In this document: piece by piece, positions 36,181 to 48,950 of the stretch
Layout: every line of letters starts with the position of its first letter
Numbering within the stretch: position 1 is the first letter of the stretch
NCBI RefSeq assembly: GCF_032191835.1
Contig: NC_083232.1
Span: 104,966,001 to 105,030,000 of the forward strand
Source: Heteronotia binoei
Lineage: Eukaryota
Direction of reading: 5' to 3'
DNA: 64,000 bases
Made by a program: the position numbers and the translations under genes
The notes under the pieces: generated by a model
Seen by the model: the letters and a program-made list of their open reading frames with translations, nothing else
What the model was told of the DNA's origin: nothing
Databases searched by the model: none

Positions 36181-37393
36181 ATCATAGATAGTAACATTGT
36201 CTCTGGTTCAAAATGAAAATTCATACCTAACATTTCTTTTAAAAATATATAAACTTTCACCCAATTTTTTTTAACAATATCACAAGTCCACCATGCATGA
36301 TAAAATGTGCCTGGCTTAATTCCACACTTCCAACACTTAGGTGAAAGACTATTGTTCATTTTGGACACTAGTACTGGTGTAATGTACCACCTATGGAACA
36401 TTTTATAAAAATTTTCCCTGTAACTAACTGGTTTGATAACTTTATAATTGTTTTTCCATGCTTGCGACCATTGCTCCAACTGTATGGTCTTTCCCAAATT
36501 CTGCGACCATTTAATCATTGTTTCTTTAACCACTTCCTCTTCTAATTTTATTTGCATCAAATAGTTATATACTTTTTTGATTGTTTTATCTTCTTTTGCC
36601 AATAATATTCCATCTAAATCAAAGTTCTTTTTTGTAAAACCAATTGTTTTATCTTTATTAAATTTAGCCATAATCTGCATATTCAGCCACCAGTCTATTT
36701 TTATTCCCATTTGTTCCAATTCCTCCTTTTTCCTTAATTTATCTTCACCATCCAACAGTTCCTGATATGTTAAAATTTTTGAAGGTTCCCACAGTTGTGG
36801 TTTTATAGATGCTTCTACTGGTGAAATCCACCTGGGTGTCTTAGTATATATCATCTTTTTTTATTTTTGTCCAGACATTAACTATGGCTTTTTGAATTAA
36901 ATGGTCTGTAAAATATTTCTGGCCTTTCTCTATATACCATAAATTTGCATGCCAACCAGTTGAGAGGTCATGTCCTTCTAAGGCAAGAATTCTCTTATTC
37001 TCCAACTTTATCCAGTCTTTCAGCCAAACCGTCACATTAGCCATATAATAGGTTTCCCAATCTGGCAGTCCAAGGCCGCCATTTTCTTTTTTATCACTTA
37101 GTATTTTCCATTTAACCCTAGGCTTTTTTCCAAGCCACAGAAAATCCCTGATTACTCTATTTAATTTAGCAAAAAATTCCTTCTTGACAGCAAAATTAAT
37201 TGTTTGAAATAAGAACATCACTTTCGGGAGGATAGCCATTTTTATAAGGGCTATTCTACCCATAAAAGATAGTTGCATGCCTTCCCATTTTTTCAATAAA
37301 TTTCCAATTTCCCTAAGCAGTGGCACAAAGTTGTTTTCGTATATACTACTGCATTTATTTGTTAGATTTATTCCCAAATACTTCACTTTTTTC

Positions 37394-37475
37394 ATTTATA
37401 ATAATAATAATAATAATAAATTTTATTTGTATCCCGCCCTCCCCGCCTAGGCAGGCTCAGGGCGGCTAACAACAA
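37394..37475 (-). mobile_element. Short L2-type 3' tail inserted in L1 ORF2
   Basis: TTGTTAGCCGCCCTGAGCC...GGGAGGGCGGGATACAAATAAA followed by (TTA)n. It breaks ORF2 between KAGF and KKVKYLG. Confidence 0.75.
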
Positions 37476-40400
37476 CGAAAGCCGGCTTTCGTTTCTAATT
37501 CATTAGCCTCCAACTTTGTCATATTCTTTGTTAATATTTTTGATTTCTGTTTGTTTATTTTCAAGCCAGCAACTTGACCGTAGGCATCTATTTCTTTCAA
37601 AACTTCATCTACTGATTGCAATGGATTTTGAATGATTAAAATAATAACATCGGCGTAAGCCAATAGTTTGTAAGTTTCGCCTTTTACTGTCAAACCTCTA
37701 ATGTTCTTGTTGCTTCTGATGGATTCATTAAATACTTCCAATGATAAAATAAAAAGTAATGGGGAGAGGGGACAGCCTTGCCTAGTTCCTTTACTGACTT
37801 TAACTTCTTCAGTTGTTATGCCATTAATAATTATTTTAATTTTTTGTTCATAGTAAATTGCCTGTACGTTTCTGATAAAATCGTCACCAAACCCCATAAT
37901 CTTAAACTGTTGCAACATAAAATTCCAGTCTAAAATATCAAAAGCCTTTTCCGCGTCAAGCAACAATAATGCTAATTGCTTGTCTCTATTTAACTCGTAG
38001 TACTCCAAGGTATCCAAAATAATTCTAATATTAGTACCTAAGTGCCTTTTTGGCAGGAAACCTGTTTGATCTGGATGTATTAATATATTTAAGACTTTTT
38101 TCATTCTATTTGCAAGTATCGGTGCATAGATTTTATAGTCCACGTTGAGTAATGCTATTGGCCTAAAGTCCCTGATTTCTTCACATTCACAGTCCATTTT
38201 CGGTATAAGAGTTATGTTCGTGTATCTCCACGTATTTGGCACTTCTGCGGTTGCCCATACTTCCTCTATCATTTTTTTAAACTGATAAATTAAACTCTCC
38301 TTAAACACAATATAATACTCGGCAGGGAGGCCATCCGGACCCGCCGCTTTATTTCTCTTTTGTTTGCCCCAAGCTTCTTCAATCTCAAACATTGTAATTG
38401 GGCTATTCATTATCCTCTTCTGTTCTTCTGTTAACTTAGGTAGAGGTCTACTCAAAAGATAATTTTCCTGCTTCTTCTCATCAACTTCTACCGAATCATA
38501 TAATTGTGTATAAAACTCCGTAACTATCTTTTTCAGATCCTCCAAGAGATGCTTATGATTCCCTTCTTTATCCTTCAATGTCTTGATTGTTCTTTTCTCC
38601 CGTTCCTTCTTGATTTTGTACGCCAACCATCTCCCTGATTTGTTAGCGTTCTCAAAAAAGTGCTGTCTTGCGAAGAGAACTTGCCTTTCCATTTTCTCTA
38701 AAAACATTACATGGATCTTGTGTTGTAACAATTTTATCCTATCCTTAACCTCCTGAATATTTGGTGTCTTTTTAAGCTGCTCTTCTTGTTGTTTTAAATG
38801 TTCGGTTATTTCTTCTAGTTTCTTATTTTCTTCCCGTCTCTTATGTACAATATAATTCTTAATTAACCCTCTGACATAAGCTTTACTCGTTTCCCACACA
38901 ATTTTGGATGAAATCTCCTTCTGATCATTTAGCTTAAAAAACCATCCCATCTCTTCTTTTATGTATTCAATAAATTTCTTATCTTTCACTAAACCTGGAT
39001 TCATCCTCCATCCTCCTGTTCTTCTTCCATTTTCCAAAGACAGTAAAATTGGATTATGATCTGCCATAGTATTCGGGAGGATTTCAATATCTCTCACAAA
39101 CTTCATTAAACTTACTGAAAGCCAGCACATGTCTATACGGGACCACGAACTGTGTCTATGAGAAAAAAAAGTAAAATCCTTCCTGCCTGGATTCAAAGAG
39201 CGCCATAAATCAACCATTACAAATTCTTCAGCCATTTAAAAAAAAAATCCGGTAAAACGTTACTCTTACATTTTTTCCGTTTATCAGTATTTTTCCCCAG
39301 TTTCTTATCTCCTTCTGGACAGTTAACTGCGTTAAAGTTGCCAATTAGACATATGTTTTCATAGTCATATTCACCAACAATCGAGTAAATATTTTTATAA
39401 AAGGCGCCCAATTTCTCATTTGATGCATAGATATTAACTAACAGAAATTTCTGTTGGTCCCTGATTATCTCAATTCCTTGAAATCTTGCATCATGTGATG
39501 AAAAAATCAATTTGGCTTGTATATCACCCTTAATGTAAGTAACCAATCCTCTCTTCTTCTTCTCTTTTTCTGATGTAATTATCGCTTTACCCAATCTCTT
39601 ATCCTTTAACAAAATTTCATCTTTTTGTTTCATGTGTGTCTCCTGAATACATATGATGTCTACATTAAGTTTCTTAAGTTGCATAAATACCCTTCTTCGT
39701 TTATTAGGCGAATTTAAACCATTGACATTTACAGATAATATCTTCAATTGCTTTGCCATAATTAATTTAATAGTCCTCTATATTCTGGTTGTATGTTTTT
39801 CTTTTTTTTTCTGGAGTCTTGTTTCTATTTGGATTGAATCCTCACTATGAGTAACCTCACCCTCCTCTTGTTCATTTGTCTGTGGGGGATCTACCTGTTT
39901 TCGTATCTCATCCAAGTCCTTCCAACTTTCAAATTCTTTTGAATGACCCTTACTTGGATTTTTTGACCAATTCTTTGCCTGGTTATTTAAAAACTCTTCT
40001 AATTTAGGCCTGGAATCAATTTTATATCTCGTGTTCAGAAAAGTAAACAATAGCCCCTCTGGCACAAGCCACTTATACATTATCCCGTTATCCTGTAACA
40101 TGATCGCCAATTTCATATATTCTTTTCTGCCTAATTGGCCATGGGACTTCTCTCATTATTTTAATCCTTTTCCCTTTAACTACTATTGGTTGTTCTCTTA
40201 CTAATCTCCACACTTTCTCCTTTATCCCCTTTTTGACGAATTTAAGATGTATCTCTCTAGGTAGTTCATTTTTTTACATATAAAGAGTTAACTCTATACA
40301 CATAATCAAATTCCTTTTCTATCTCAGATTTCTCCATTTCCAAAATTGGTGTCAGCGCAGTCCCTAGTAAGCTTATCAGATCTTCATTCTTTTCCTCCGG

Positions 40401-42012
40401 GACGTTCAGAAATCTTAAAACATATTCTGCACTCCCCATTTCTATCTTAGTCACCTTTTCAGTTAGTTCTGATTGCTTAAGTTCTATTGTGCTGACCCGC
40501 TGTTCCGTTATCATTAACTTATCCTCTATAGATTTAGTTATTTTAACTAACTCTGTTATCTCTTTTTTCGTATCTTTTGAACAACACTCTAAGCTCTCTA
40601 ATTTATCAGCCAATCCTTTCATCTGTCCACTTAGTTGACCCTGCATTTGATTTAGAGCATCCAGAAACATATTTTGTAATTCTTTATACGTCTCCTGAGT
40701 TATTACAGTTCCAACCGATTTAGGTTGCCCCGGGGAGAATTTTGTTTTGGGCTGTTGAGACATCTTCCGTTCTGTGGGGTTACAAAAGTTAAATTTGGTT
40801 AAAATATTAACCTTCAAATAATTTAAGTATGTTTTAAGTTGTACCCCCCCCATTGGTTTATTTTCTATATTCGGTTTCTATTTTTATAAAATCGCTTTCT
40901 GTTACAGGGCAGACCTTCTGTTAGGGATTCTTTCAACTTCTGTCACTATCTATCACTTTCCTGTCACCACTTCTCCAACTTTTACTACTCCGCTAATCCA
41001 ATATCCAGAGACTACCATCCAATAATGTCTTCTCACATAATACAGCGTCCTCCAGAAAAAAGAAAAAAAAAACAGAAACAACAAAGGAAAAAGAGTTCTT
41101 ATTTTAGTGTCTCTTAAGTCTTTCAATAGTTCACTTTACATCTTCTCTCTTCCTTCAAGCCGTCTTCTTCTGTTTACTCCCACACTTAAATAATAATCAC
41201 CTTCTCTTTCTCCTCTCACAACTTTTGTCTTCGTCTCCAGTGCTGTTGTCAGTTATCAATTTACAGTCTCAAAACTAATCTGCCAAACTCCGTCACCTCC
41301 GTGCCTTCTTTTTTCACTTCTGCCTGCAGCTGAGTTGAGTCCAAAGTTAATTTGCTCCACTCTCAGAAAGCATTCAAATCTCTGAAGCTTAAAGGGACGG
41401 CAACTCCAAAATAAACAGTAGCAGTAGACAATGGAAAAAAAAAAAAAGGAAACGCTCCCTTCAAATTCAAACTAACTCAGTCTGTCTCATTAAGCGTCAA
41501 AGAGGGGAGCGGTTCCAGAGTAGCCAAAAGAAGAGCACAAAAACAGAAAAAAAAACCTTAAAGAGCCTTGAAAGGGAGAGTGGGGGAAGGGTGTATCCGT
41601 GCTGAAGCCGTTGCCGCCTCCGCTGCGTTTTCCCAGCTTCACGCACTCGTCCTCCTCACACAGTCCAGCCGTCCCCCGGCACAGAAACAAAGAAAATCAA
41701 ATAGCCCAACAGGGCAAAATAGAAAAAAAGGACCAAGAGAGGGGTCCTAACGGACTTCTCCTGCAGCGCCTGCCATCTTCCACCTCTGTACTCCAGAGGC
41801 GGGGCTGCTTCGTCGGAAGACGCCGAAGGGCTCGGGACAAGGTAAGAGGTGAGAGAACCAGGCATTTAAAAAGTAAACCCCGGCTACTTCTCACCTGGCT
41901 CCTTCAGTGCACTTGCTCCTCGACTGGAGTCTCATGCGGACCCTAGGGCCCCCCAAAATCCTTCGGTCGGTTTGCCTCAGGAGAGAGCTCTCTGTTGGCT
42001 TCAGGTTTAGGA

Positions 42013-42278
42013 AAGGAAAGGTCCCCTGTGCAAGCACCACTCGTTTCCGACATTTTCACAGCAGACTTTTTACAGGGTGGTTTGCCATTGCCTTCCCAAG
42101 TCATCTACACTTTCCCCCCCAGCAAGCTGAGTACTCATTTTACCAACTTCGGAAGGATGGAAGGGTGAATCAACCTGGAGCCGGTTACCTGAACCCAGCT
42201 TCTGTCGGGATCGAACTCAGGTCATGAACAGAGCTTAGGACTGCAGTACTGCAGCTTTAACACTGCGCCACGGGGCTC
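42013..42278 (-). mobile_element. Sauria-type SINE with 18-bp TSD
   Basis: TSD TTGGCTTCAGGTTTAGGA at 41995-42012 and 42279-42296. Confidence 0.92.
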
Positions 42279-42296
42279 TTGGCTTCAGGTTTAGGA

Positions 42297-43192
42297 CCAA
42301 CCAAATTGAAATGTTGTATAAGAGATGTATCCGTTTGTGCACCCCTAATTTTAGTCCGATGCTCAAAGATCTAACAAAATTAAGGTCTGGAAATTTGATC
42401 TTATCTGTCTCCCCTACGTGAGGACATGAAGAGCAGTGGCCACATTTCCTATGTCCTTTAATCTCCTCCTCCCTTCTATCTTTGCACAAAATGTCTGAGC
42501 GAATAAGTCTCAAGAATTTGAGTTGTATGTGTCAAGCAATGTGAATCTTTCTTTAATAATATAATGCTAATAGTATGATGCTAACTGAAGGTATTTGTAA
42601 AGCTCCATGAATGTTACTAACCATGAACTGAACTGGGCACATCAAAGCAGGAAATAGCCAGAGTGTAGTTCACGTCTCTTTTGCCTCTCTCGCTTTCACT
42701 AACTAATGCAGGAATTTACTCTTTGAAGATAAGCGCCTCCAGGGACAGGTTCTCAGGCCTGGTCCCAGGAAAAGAAACCATAGGGGAGATAAGTTGCCAT
42801 GTGAAGATTCACACATGAATACAGCATTGTTTAGAGAATGTAGCTTTGTTTAGGAAATCTTTGATGTGCCACCTTTAAGTATGCCCTCCACTGTTACTAT
42901 GTATCAGTTCCAATACCTAGCTCAATAGAAGCATCTTGGATTATCAATAAATCAAACTTTGTTTCAAATCAAAGACTGATTTCTTTGAGATCTAATTGCT
43001 TGACAGTATGAAAACCTATTACAAGTAGGAGAGAACACCCTGGAAGGTCTTGGACATTTTGCCAGTGTTTAAGAACTATAGATTTAATTGATTCAGCTAA
43101 AGATGTAAAGTCAAAAGTCCAATGTGTATTATTAGATGTATCTCCTTATAAAGAAGAAAAGCACCATCCCTAAACCTCTTCTTCAAACGTAT
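42297..43192 (-). mobile_element. Penelope-like element remnant (RT linker / GIY-YIG region), split by a solo LTR
   Basis: Degraded peptides KHWQNVQDLPGC, RLIRSDI...KGHRKCGHCSSC (CxxC motif before GIY-YIG) and HRTKIR...LIQHF. Confidence 0.65.
42530..43005 (+). mobile_element. Solo LTR (476 bp), same group as element D
   Basis: TGTCAAGCAAT...ATTGCTTGACA termini, TSD GTATG, AATAAA, and the same ATCAGTTCCAA 11-mer (42903-42913). Confidence 0.92.
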
Positions 43193-45355
43193 CATAAAAA
43201 CATAAGATAAGCCATGTTGGATCAGGCCAATGGCCCATCCAGTCCAACACTTTGTGTCACACAGTGGCCAAAAAACCCAAGTGTCATCAAGAGGTCCACC
43301 AGTGAGGCCAGAAGCACAAGAATACAGAGCATCACTGCCCCAAACAGAGAGTTCCAATGATAAGCTGTGGCTAATAGCCACTGATGGACCTCTGCTCCAT
43401 ATGCTTATCCATTCCCCTCTTGAAGCTGTATATGCTTGTAGCCACCACCACCTCCTGTGGCAGTGAATTCCACATGTTAATCACTCTTTGGGTGAAGAAG
43501 TACTTCCATTTATCCATTTTAACCCGACTCCTCAGCAATTTCATTGAATTCCCACAAGTTCTCGTATTGTGAGAAAGGGAGAAAAGGACTTCTTTCTCTA
43601 CCTTCTCTATCCCATGCATAATCTTGTAAACCTCTATCATGTCACCCCTCAGTTGATGTTTCTCCAAGCTAAAAAGCCCCAAGTGTTTTAACCTTTTTTC
43701 ATAGGCAAAGTGTTCTAACTCTTTAATAATTCTAGTTGCCCTTTTCTGCACTTTTTCCAATGCTATATCTTTTTTGAGGTGCAGTGACCAGAATTGTACA
43801 CAGCACTCCAAATGAGGCTGCACCATCGGTTTATACAGGGGCGTTATGATACTGGCTGATTTGAACATATGAAGCTGCCTTATACTGAATCAGACCCTTG
43901 GTCCATCAAAGTCAGTATTGTCTTCTCAGACTGGCAGTGGCTCTCCAGGGTCTCAAGCTGAGGTTTTTCACACCATTTTGCCTGGATCCTTTTTTGAAGA
44001 TGCCGGGGATTGAACCTGGGACCTTCTGCTTCCCAAGCAGATGCTCTACCACTGAGCCACCATCCCTCCCCTTTTGTTTTCAATTCCCTTCCTAATAATT
44101 CCCAGCATGTTGTTGACCTTTTTTATTGCAATTGCACATTGTCTTGACATTTTCAGTGAGTTATCTACCACAGTGAACCTCATCTGCCACATTGACCCAG
44201 CCTTGACAGATCCCTTTGGAGTGCCTCACAATCCTCTCTGGTTCTCACCACCCTGAACAATTTAGTGTCATCTGCAAGCTTAGCCACCTCACTGCTTACT
44301 CCCAACTCTAAGTCATTAATGAACAAGTTAAAAAGCATTGGACCCAGTACTGAGCCCTGTGGCACCTCACTGCTTACCATCTTCCACTGCGAAAATTGCC
44401 CATTTATACTCACTCTCTTCTTATTATTAATTAGCCAGTTTTTGATCCACAAGAGGACCTGTCCTTTTACTCCATGACTCTAGAGCTTACTAAGGAGCCT
44501 TTGATGAGGAACTTTATCAAAAGCTTTCTGGAAATCAAAGTAAACAACATCTATTGGTTCCCTCTTGTCCACATGTTTGTTCACCCCCCTCGAACTCTTA
44601 ACAGGTTAGTGAGATAAGATCTTCCCTTACAGAACCCATGCTGAGTCTTCCTCAATAACTCGTGTTCATCAATGTGCCTACTCATTCTGCCCTTGATAAT
44701 GGTTTCTACCAACTTTCCTGGTATTGAAGTCAGACTGACTGGCCTGTAATTTCACGGATCGCCTCTAGAACCCTTTTTAAAGATGGGAGTGATATTTGCT
44801 ACCTTCCAGTCCTCAGGAACAGAGACAGATTTCCATGAAAGATTACATATTTTTGTCAGGTGATCACAAGTTCACCTTTGAGTTCTTTCAGAACTCTTGG
44901 ATGTATGCCATCCAGGCCTGGTGACTTATTAGTTTTTAATTTATCCATCAGTTGTAGACCCTCCACTCTCGTCACCTCAATCTGGCTCAGGTCCTTCAAC
45001 ACCCCTTCCAAAATTAGCGGTTCTGGAGTGGGCAAACGCTTCTCATCTGCCACAGTGAAGACGGAGGCAAAAATGTATTCAGCTTCTCAGCCATTTCCCT
45101 ATCCTCCTTCAGTAATCCTTTTACCCCTTTGTCATCCAAGGGCCCCACTGCCTCCCTGGCTGGTTTCCTGCTTCTAATATATTTGAAGAAATTTTTATTG
45201 TTGGTCTTTATGTTTTTTGCAATATGCTCCTCATAGTCCCTTTTTGCCTGCCTGATCACAGTTTTGCATTTGATTTGCCACAGCCTGTGTTCCCTTTTAT
45301 TAACCTCACTTGGACTAGCTTTCCATTGCTTAAAGGAATCCTTCTTACATTTTAC
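43193..45355 (-). mobile_element. 5'-truncated, degraded CR1 LINE
   Basis: Multiple CR1 ORF2 pieces homologous to 21056-22885, plus a CR1 3' UTR and tail. Confidence 0.92.
43864..44070 (-). mobile_element. tRNA-derived SINE with CR1-like tail, inside CR1
   Basis: GGTGGCTCAGTGGTAGAGC...GGTTCAATCCCC (A and B boxes), tail CTTCATATGTT. Confidence 0.85.
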
Positions 45356-46021
45356 AGCTCTGAATAAAAAGGGTTCCGGTGTTCATTAGAAACCCATGGC
45401 CTTGCAGAAAGGTGCAGCTAGAGATATTCTGGCTTCTATTTCTGTTGTGACTCACCCACCGCCTCCCTCCTGCTGCATCTTCCCCATAGCTCTTCCCAGC
45501 TATCGTCTGAACTTCATCTGCTAGCAGGCAAGAAGTGCTGTGACTCCTACCCACAGGCCTGCCTTTCTCTCTCTCTCGGTCTTGGCAGCCGTCTCTCAAA
45601 ACCAGGAATAAAGGCCAAGGGAGACAGCTCTTCTTCCAGACCCTCCACCTCATACAAAGCTGGATTTAATCCTGACACGGAGGAGCTCTTTCTTTTGCCT
45701 GATTCATCCTGAAGCTGTTGACAGTTACCTGACAAGCTACCTTTGCTTTTGCTGCAACGGCATCCCCGGATTTTGGACAGCTCTTGTACAGTCATCTTCC
45801 CTCAGTTTGCTGGTAACCTGAGAGCGGCTCATTACTTGTTCACACAACAAGCCATCCGATGGAGACTCTTTTTAGGATTCTTGAGGATTCATTTGCATAA
45901 AACACCTGGAAAGACCAAGCAGCAGATCTCTGGTTAAATATCTAACAGGTGGCTAAATATCTAAAAGACAGTGGCAAAAGTCTGCCACCCAGTGGAAGGA
46001 ATACTATGTTTGGCCTACCCC

Positions 46022-46210
46022 GTTTGGTGTAGTGGTTAAGTGCACAGATTCTAATCTGGGAGAACTAGGTTTGATTCCCCACTCCTCCACATAAAACCAA
46101 CTGGGTGACCTTGGGTCAGTCACAAGTTCTCAGCAGAGCTGTTCTCTTAAGAGTTCTTTCAGTCCCATCTGTCTCACAGGGTATCTGTTGTGGGGAAAGG
46201 AAGGGAAGGG
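46022..46210 (+). mobile_element. tRNA-derived SINE (third family)
   Basis: GTTTGGTGTAGTGGTTAAG...GGTTTGATTCCCC head, then CTGGGTGACCTTGGG. Confidence 0.75.
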
Positions 46211-47195
46211 TAAGCCACAAAGTGAAGGGTGGAATGTAAATTCATTCTCCCTCCCCACCCTCCTTCATTTCTCTCTAAGGGAACCCTGAGTTTAGTGCCC
46301 AGGGGGCCCAATCTGCCCATCATCCCACTCTCCTTTCCACCCCCACCCCTGCCTGCTTCCTCCCTGCTTCCTTCCTACAATATCAACATCCAAAGAGTGC
46401 CCTTGCAGCTGGACAATTGGCACAAAAACTGCCTACACCTTTCTCTTTATATCCCTGCAAGAAAAGTGGCTGGAGCCTGGTGTCAGCCGATCCTCCCGCT
46501 TCCCAGCCATCCCACTTCTGCCAAGGTCCCAGGCAATAGTCCCTCTATGCAGTGGAGTCTTGTGAGCAAAAAGTCTACTTCATGACACTAAAGTTGTGAG
46601 CTACTGAATAAATTTGTTGCTCTGGGGCCATTTTTCATGAGCCAAGACAAAAATGTGTGACTCAGTGGCTAAAAACTGTGAGATAGCTCACGCTAACTCT
46701 GGTTAGAGAGAACTCTGGTCACAGGAAGGCTGCAGTCTCAGAGCTGGAGAAAGAGCGGCTTGCCCCGCCCCTTGTCCCTCCGGGCTCTCTGGGGCCTGGA
46801 CTCTTGCCTGGGCCTCTCCCAACTGACCTCGGCTGCTCAGCCCATGGTCCAGCCTCTGCCCCTTCCTGTTGGAGCCTCTCATCCCCCGCTGGCTCCCAAA
46901 CGGGCTCACCTTCCTTGGCATCTCCACCTCACCCCCTGCCTGGCTCTGGTCTTGCTGCCAGGCCCAGTCTGTTCAGCCCAGCAGAGCCCCCCCCCCCCGC
47001 CCGCTACTCTCAGCCTGGCATCCTGTCCCCCCCTCCCCCATCTCAGAACAGCCCAGGTGGGTCCCCCTCTGCCTCTCTAGGGGGGGGGGCTTCTGCTCCA
47101 CCAGCCACCTGTTCCAACTCACCAGGGTGATGGCCTATGCCTCTGCTCCCCCCCCCGGTGATGGACTCTCCTATCTGGGGCTCTTTTGGATGCCA

Positions 47196-48265
47196 GGTGG
47201 CTCAGTGGTAGAGCATCTGCTTGTGAGGAACTCCAAAGGGACCTGTTGAGGCTGGGTGAGTGGGCATCAACATGGCAGATACAGTTCAGTGTGGCCAAGT
47301 GCAAAGTAATGCACATTGGGGCCAAGAATCCCAGCTACAAATACAAGTTGATGGGGTGTGAACTGGCAGAGACTGACCAAGAGAAAGATCTTGGGGTCGT
47401 GGTAGATAACTCACTGAAAATGTCAAGACAGTGTGCGTTTGCAATAAAAAAGGCCAACGCCATGCTGGGAATTATTAGGAAGGGAATTGAAAACAAATCA
47501 GCCAGTATCATAATGCCCCTGTATAAATAGATGGTGCGGTCTCATTTGGAGTACTGTGTGCAGTTCTGGTCGCTGCACCTCAAAAAGGATATTATAGCAT
47601 TGGAGAAAGTCCAGAAAAGGGCAACTAGAATGATTAAAGGGCTGGAACACTTTCCCTATGAAGAAAGGTTGAAACGCTTGGGACTCTTTAGCATGGAGAA
47701 ATGTCAACTGCAGGTTTACAAGATAATGCATGGGATGGAGAAAGTAGAGAAAGAGGTACTCTTCTCCCTTTCTCACAATACAAGAACTCGTGGGCATTCT
47801 ATGAAATTGCTGAGCAGACAGGTTAAAACAGATAAAAAGAAGTACTTCTTCACCCAAAGGGTGATTAACATGTGGAATTCACTGCCACAGGAGGTGGTGG
47901 CGGCCACAAGCATGGCCACCTTCAAAAGGGGTTTAGATAAAAATATGGAGCAGAGGTCCATCAGTGGCTATTAGTCAAAGTGTGTGTATATATATACATA
48001 AATTTTTTTTGGCCACTGTGTGACACAGAGTGTTGGACTGGATGGGCCATTGGCCTGATCCAACATGGCTTCTCTTATGTTCTTAAGCAGAAGGTCCCAG
48101 GTTCAATCCCCGGCATCTCCAACTAAAAAGGGTCCAGGCAAATAGGTGTGAAAAACCTCAGCTTGAGACCCTGGAGAGCCGCTGTCAGTCTGAGTAGACA
48201 AGACTGACTTTGATGGACTGAGGGTCTGATTCAGTATAAGGCACCTTCATATGTTCATATGTTCA
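47196..48265 (+). mobile_element. tRNA-derived SINE split in its anticodon arm by a CR1 insertion
   Basis: GGTGGCTCAGTGGTAGAGCATCTGCTT at 47196-47222 resumes AAGCAGAAGGTCCCAGGTTCAATCCCC at 48085. Same family as 43864. Confidence 0.85.
47223..48084 (+). mobile_element. 5'-truncated CR1 LINE (0.86 kb)
   Basis: ORF2 C-terminus essentially the same as the CR1 at 21056, with a TTCTTATGTTCTT tail. Confidence 0.93.
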
Positions 48266-48400
48266 CCTAGGCTGTCCCCCCCCCCCCCCATATACACTTG
48301 TGAACAGAGACTTCCTTTGAAAATATAAAAACTAGAAGGAACTAAACTTGGGATACAGATACATGGTGATAAGATAATATAGCATTATACTGCTGTAGCA

Positions 48401-48536
48401 CAGGGGTGGCCAATGATAGCTCTCCAGATGTTTTCTGTCAACAACTCCCATCAGCCCCAGCCATTGGCCATGCTGGCTGAGGCTGATGGGAGTTATAGGC
48501 AAAAAACATCTGGAGAGCTACTGTTGGCCACCCTTG
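48401..48536. mobile_element. hAT-type MITE (136 bp)
   Basis: Same family as 4820. TSD CTGTAGCA/CTATAGCA. Confidence 0.85.
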
Positions 48537-48950
48537 CTATAGCACAAGAGGAGCAATTGCTGTTTTATTCTCCAGATGTGGCAGGAAAGAATATTCAACA
48601 AATGGTGTGTGGCGCAAATGCCATATGGAAGGAAACTGGCGCTGGGAGGGCTGCCTGTGCCTTTTGCTGGAAAATGTAGACCATGTCTTCCATGCAACAT
48701 GCTCATGTGCTTAGAATCATAGAGTTGGAAGGGACCTCCCAGGTCATCTATTTCTGCACAATGCAGGAAACTCACAAATACCTCCCCCTAAATTCACAAA
48801 TTGGACTGCACTTTTCTTATCACGAGTAAAGCAAGAATGTGGCAAGAAATCATGTGGATGTTCCCTTCCCCCCACAAAAAAAGCACTCCAGTTTGGAAGC
48901 AAAGTTGGAGAAATACCTGGCTGGTGGAAACTCACCAGTGATCTGCTGGC

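Larger units (their letters stand above)
31688..41786 (-). mobile_element. Second full-length L1-clade LINE (different family), interrupted by L2 insertions
   Basis: GGTGGAAGATGGC start near 41786. ORF1 pieces 40853-39778. ORF2 pieces 39759-39217, 39235-37490, 37395-36841, 36854-36180 and 32150-31900. AATAAA at 31712. No TSD found, so ends are approximate. Confidence 0.88.

Noticed and set aside
43990-44065. tRNA genes (also at 7764, 9488, 46022 and 47196)
   Set aside because: tRNA-like A/B boxes are SINE heads continuing into LINE-derived tails, with no complete cloverleaf.
45360-45960. Unique-looking segment with short ORFs between CR1 and a SINE
   Set aside because: All frames stop within about 40-100 codons and show no recognisable motif.
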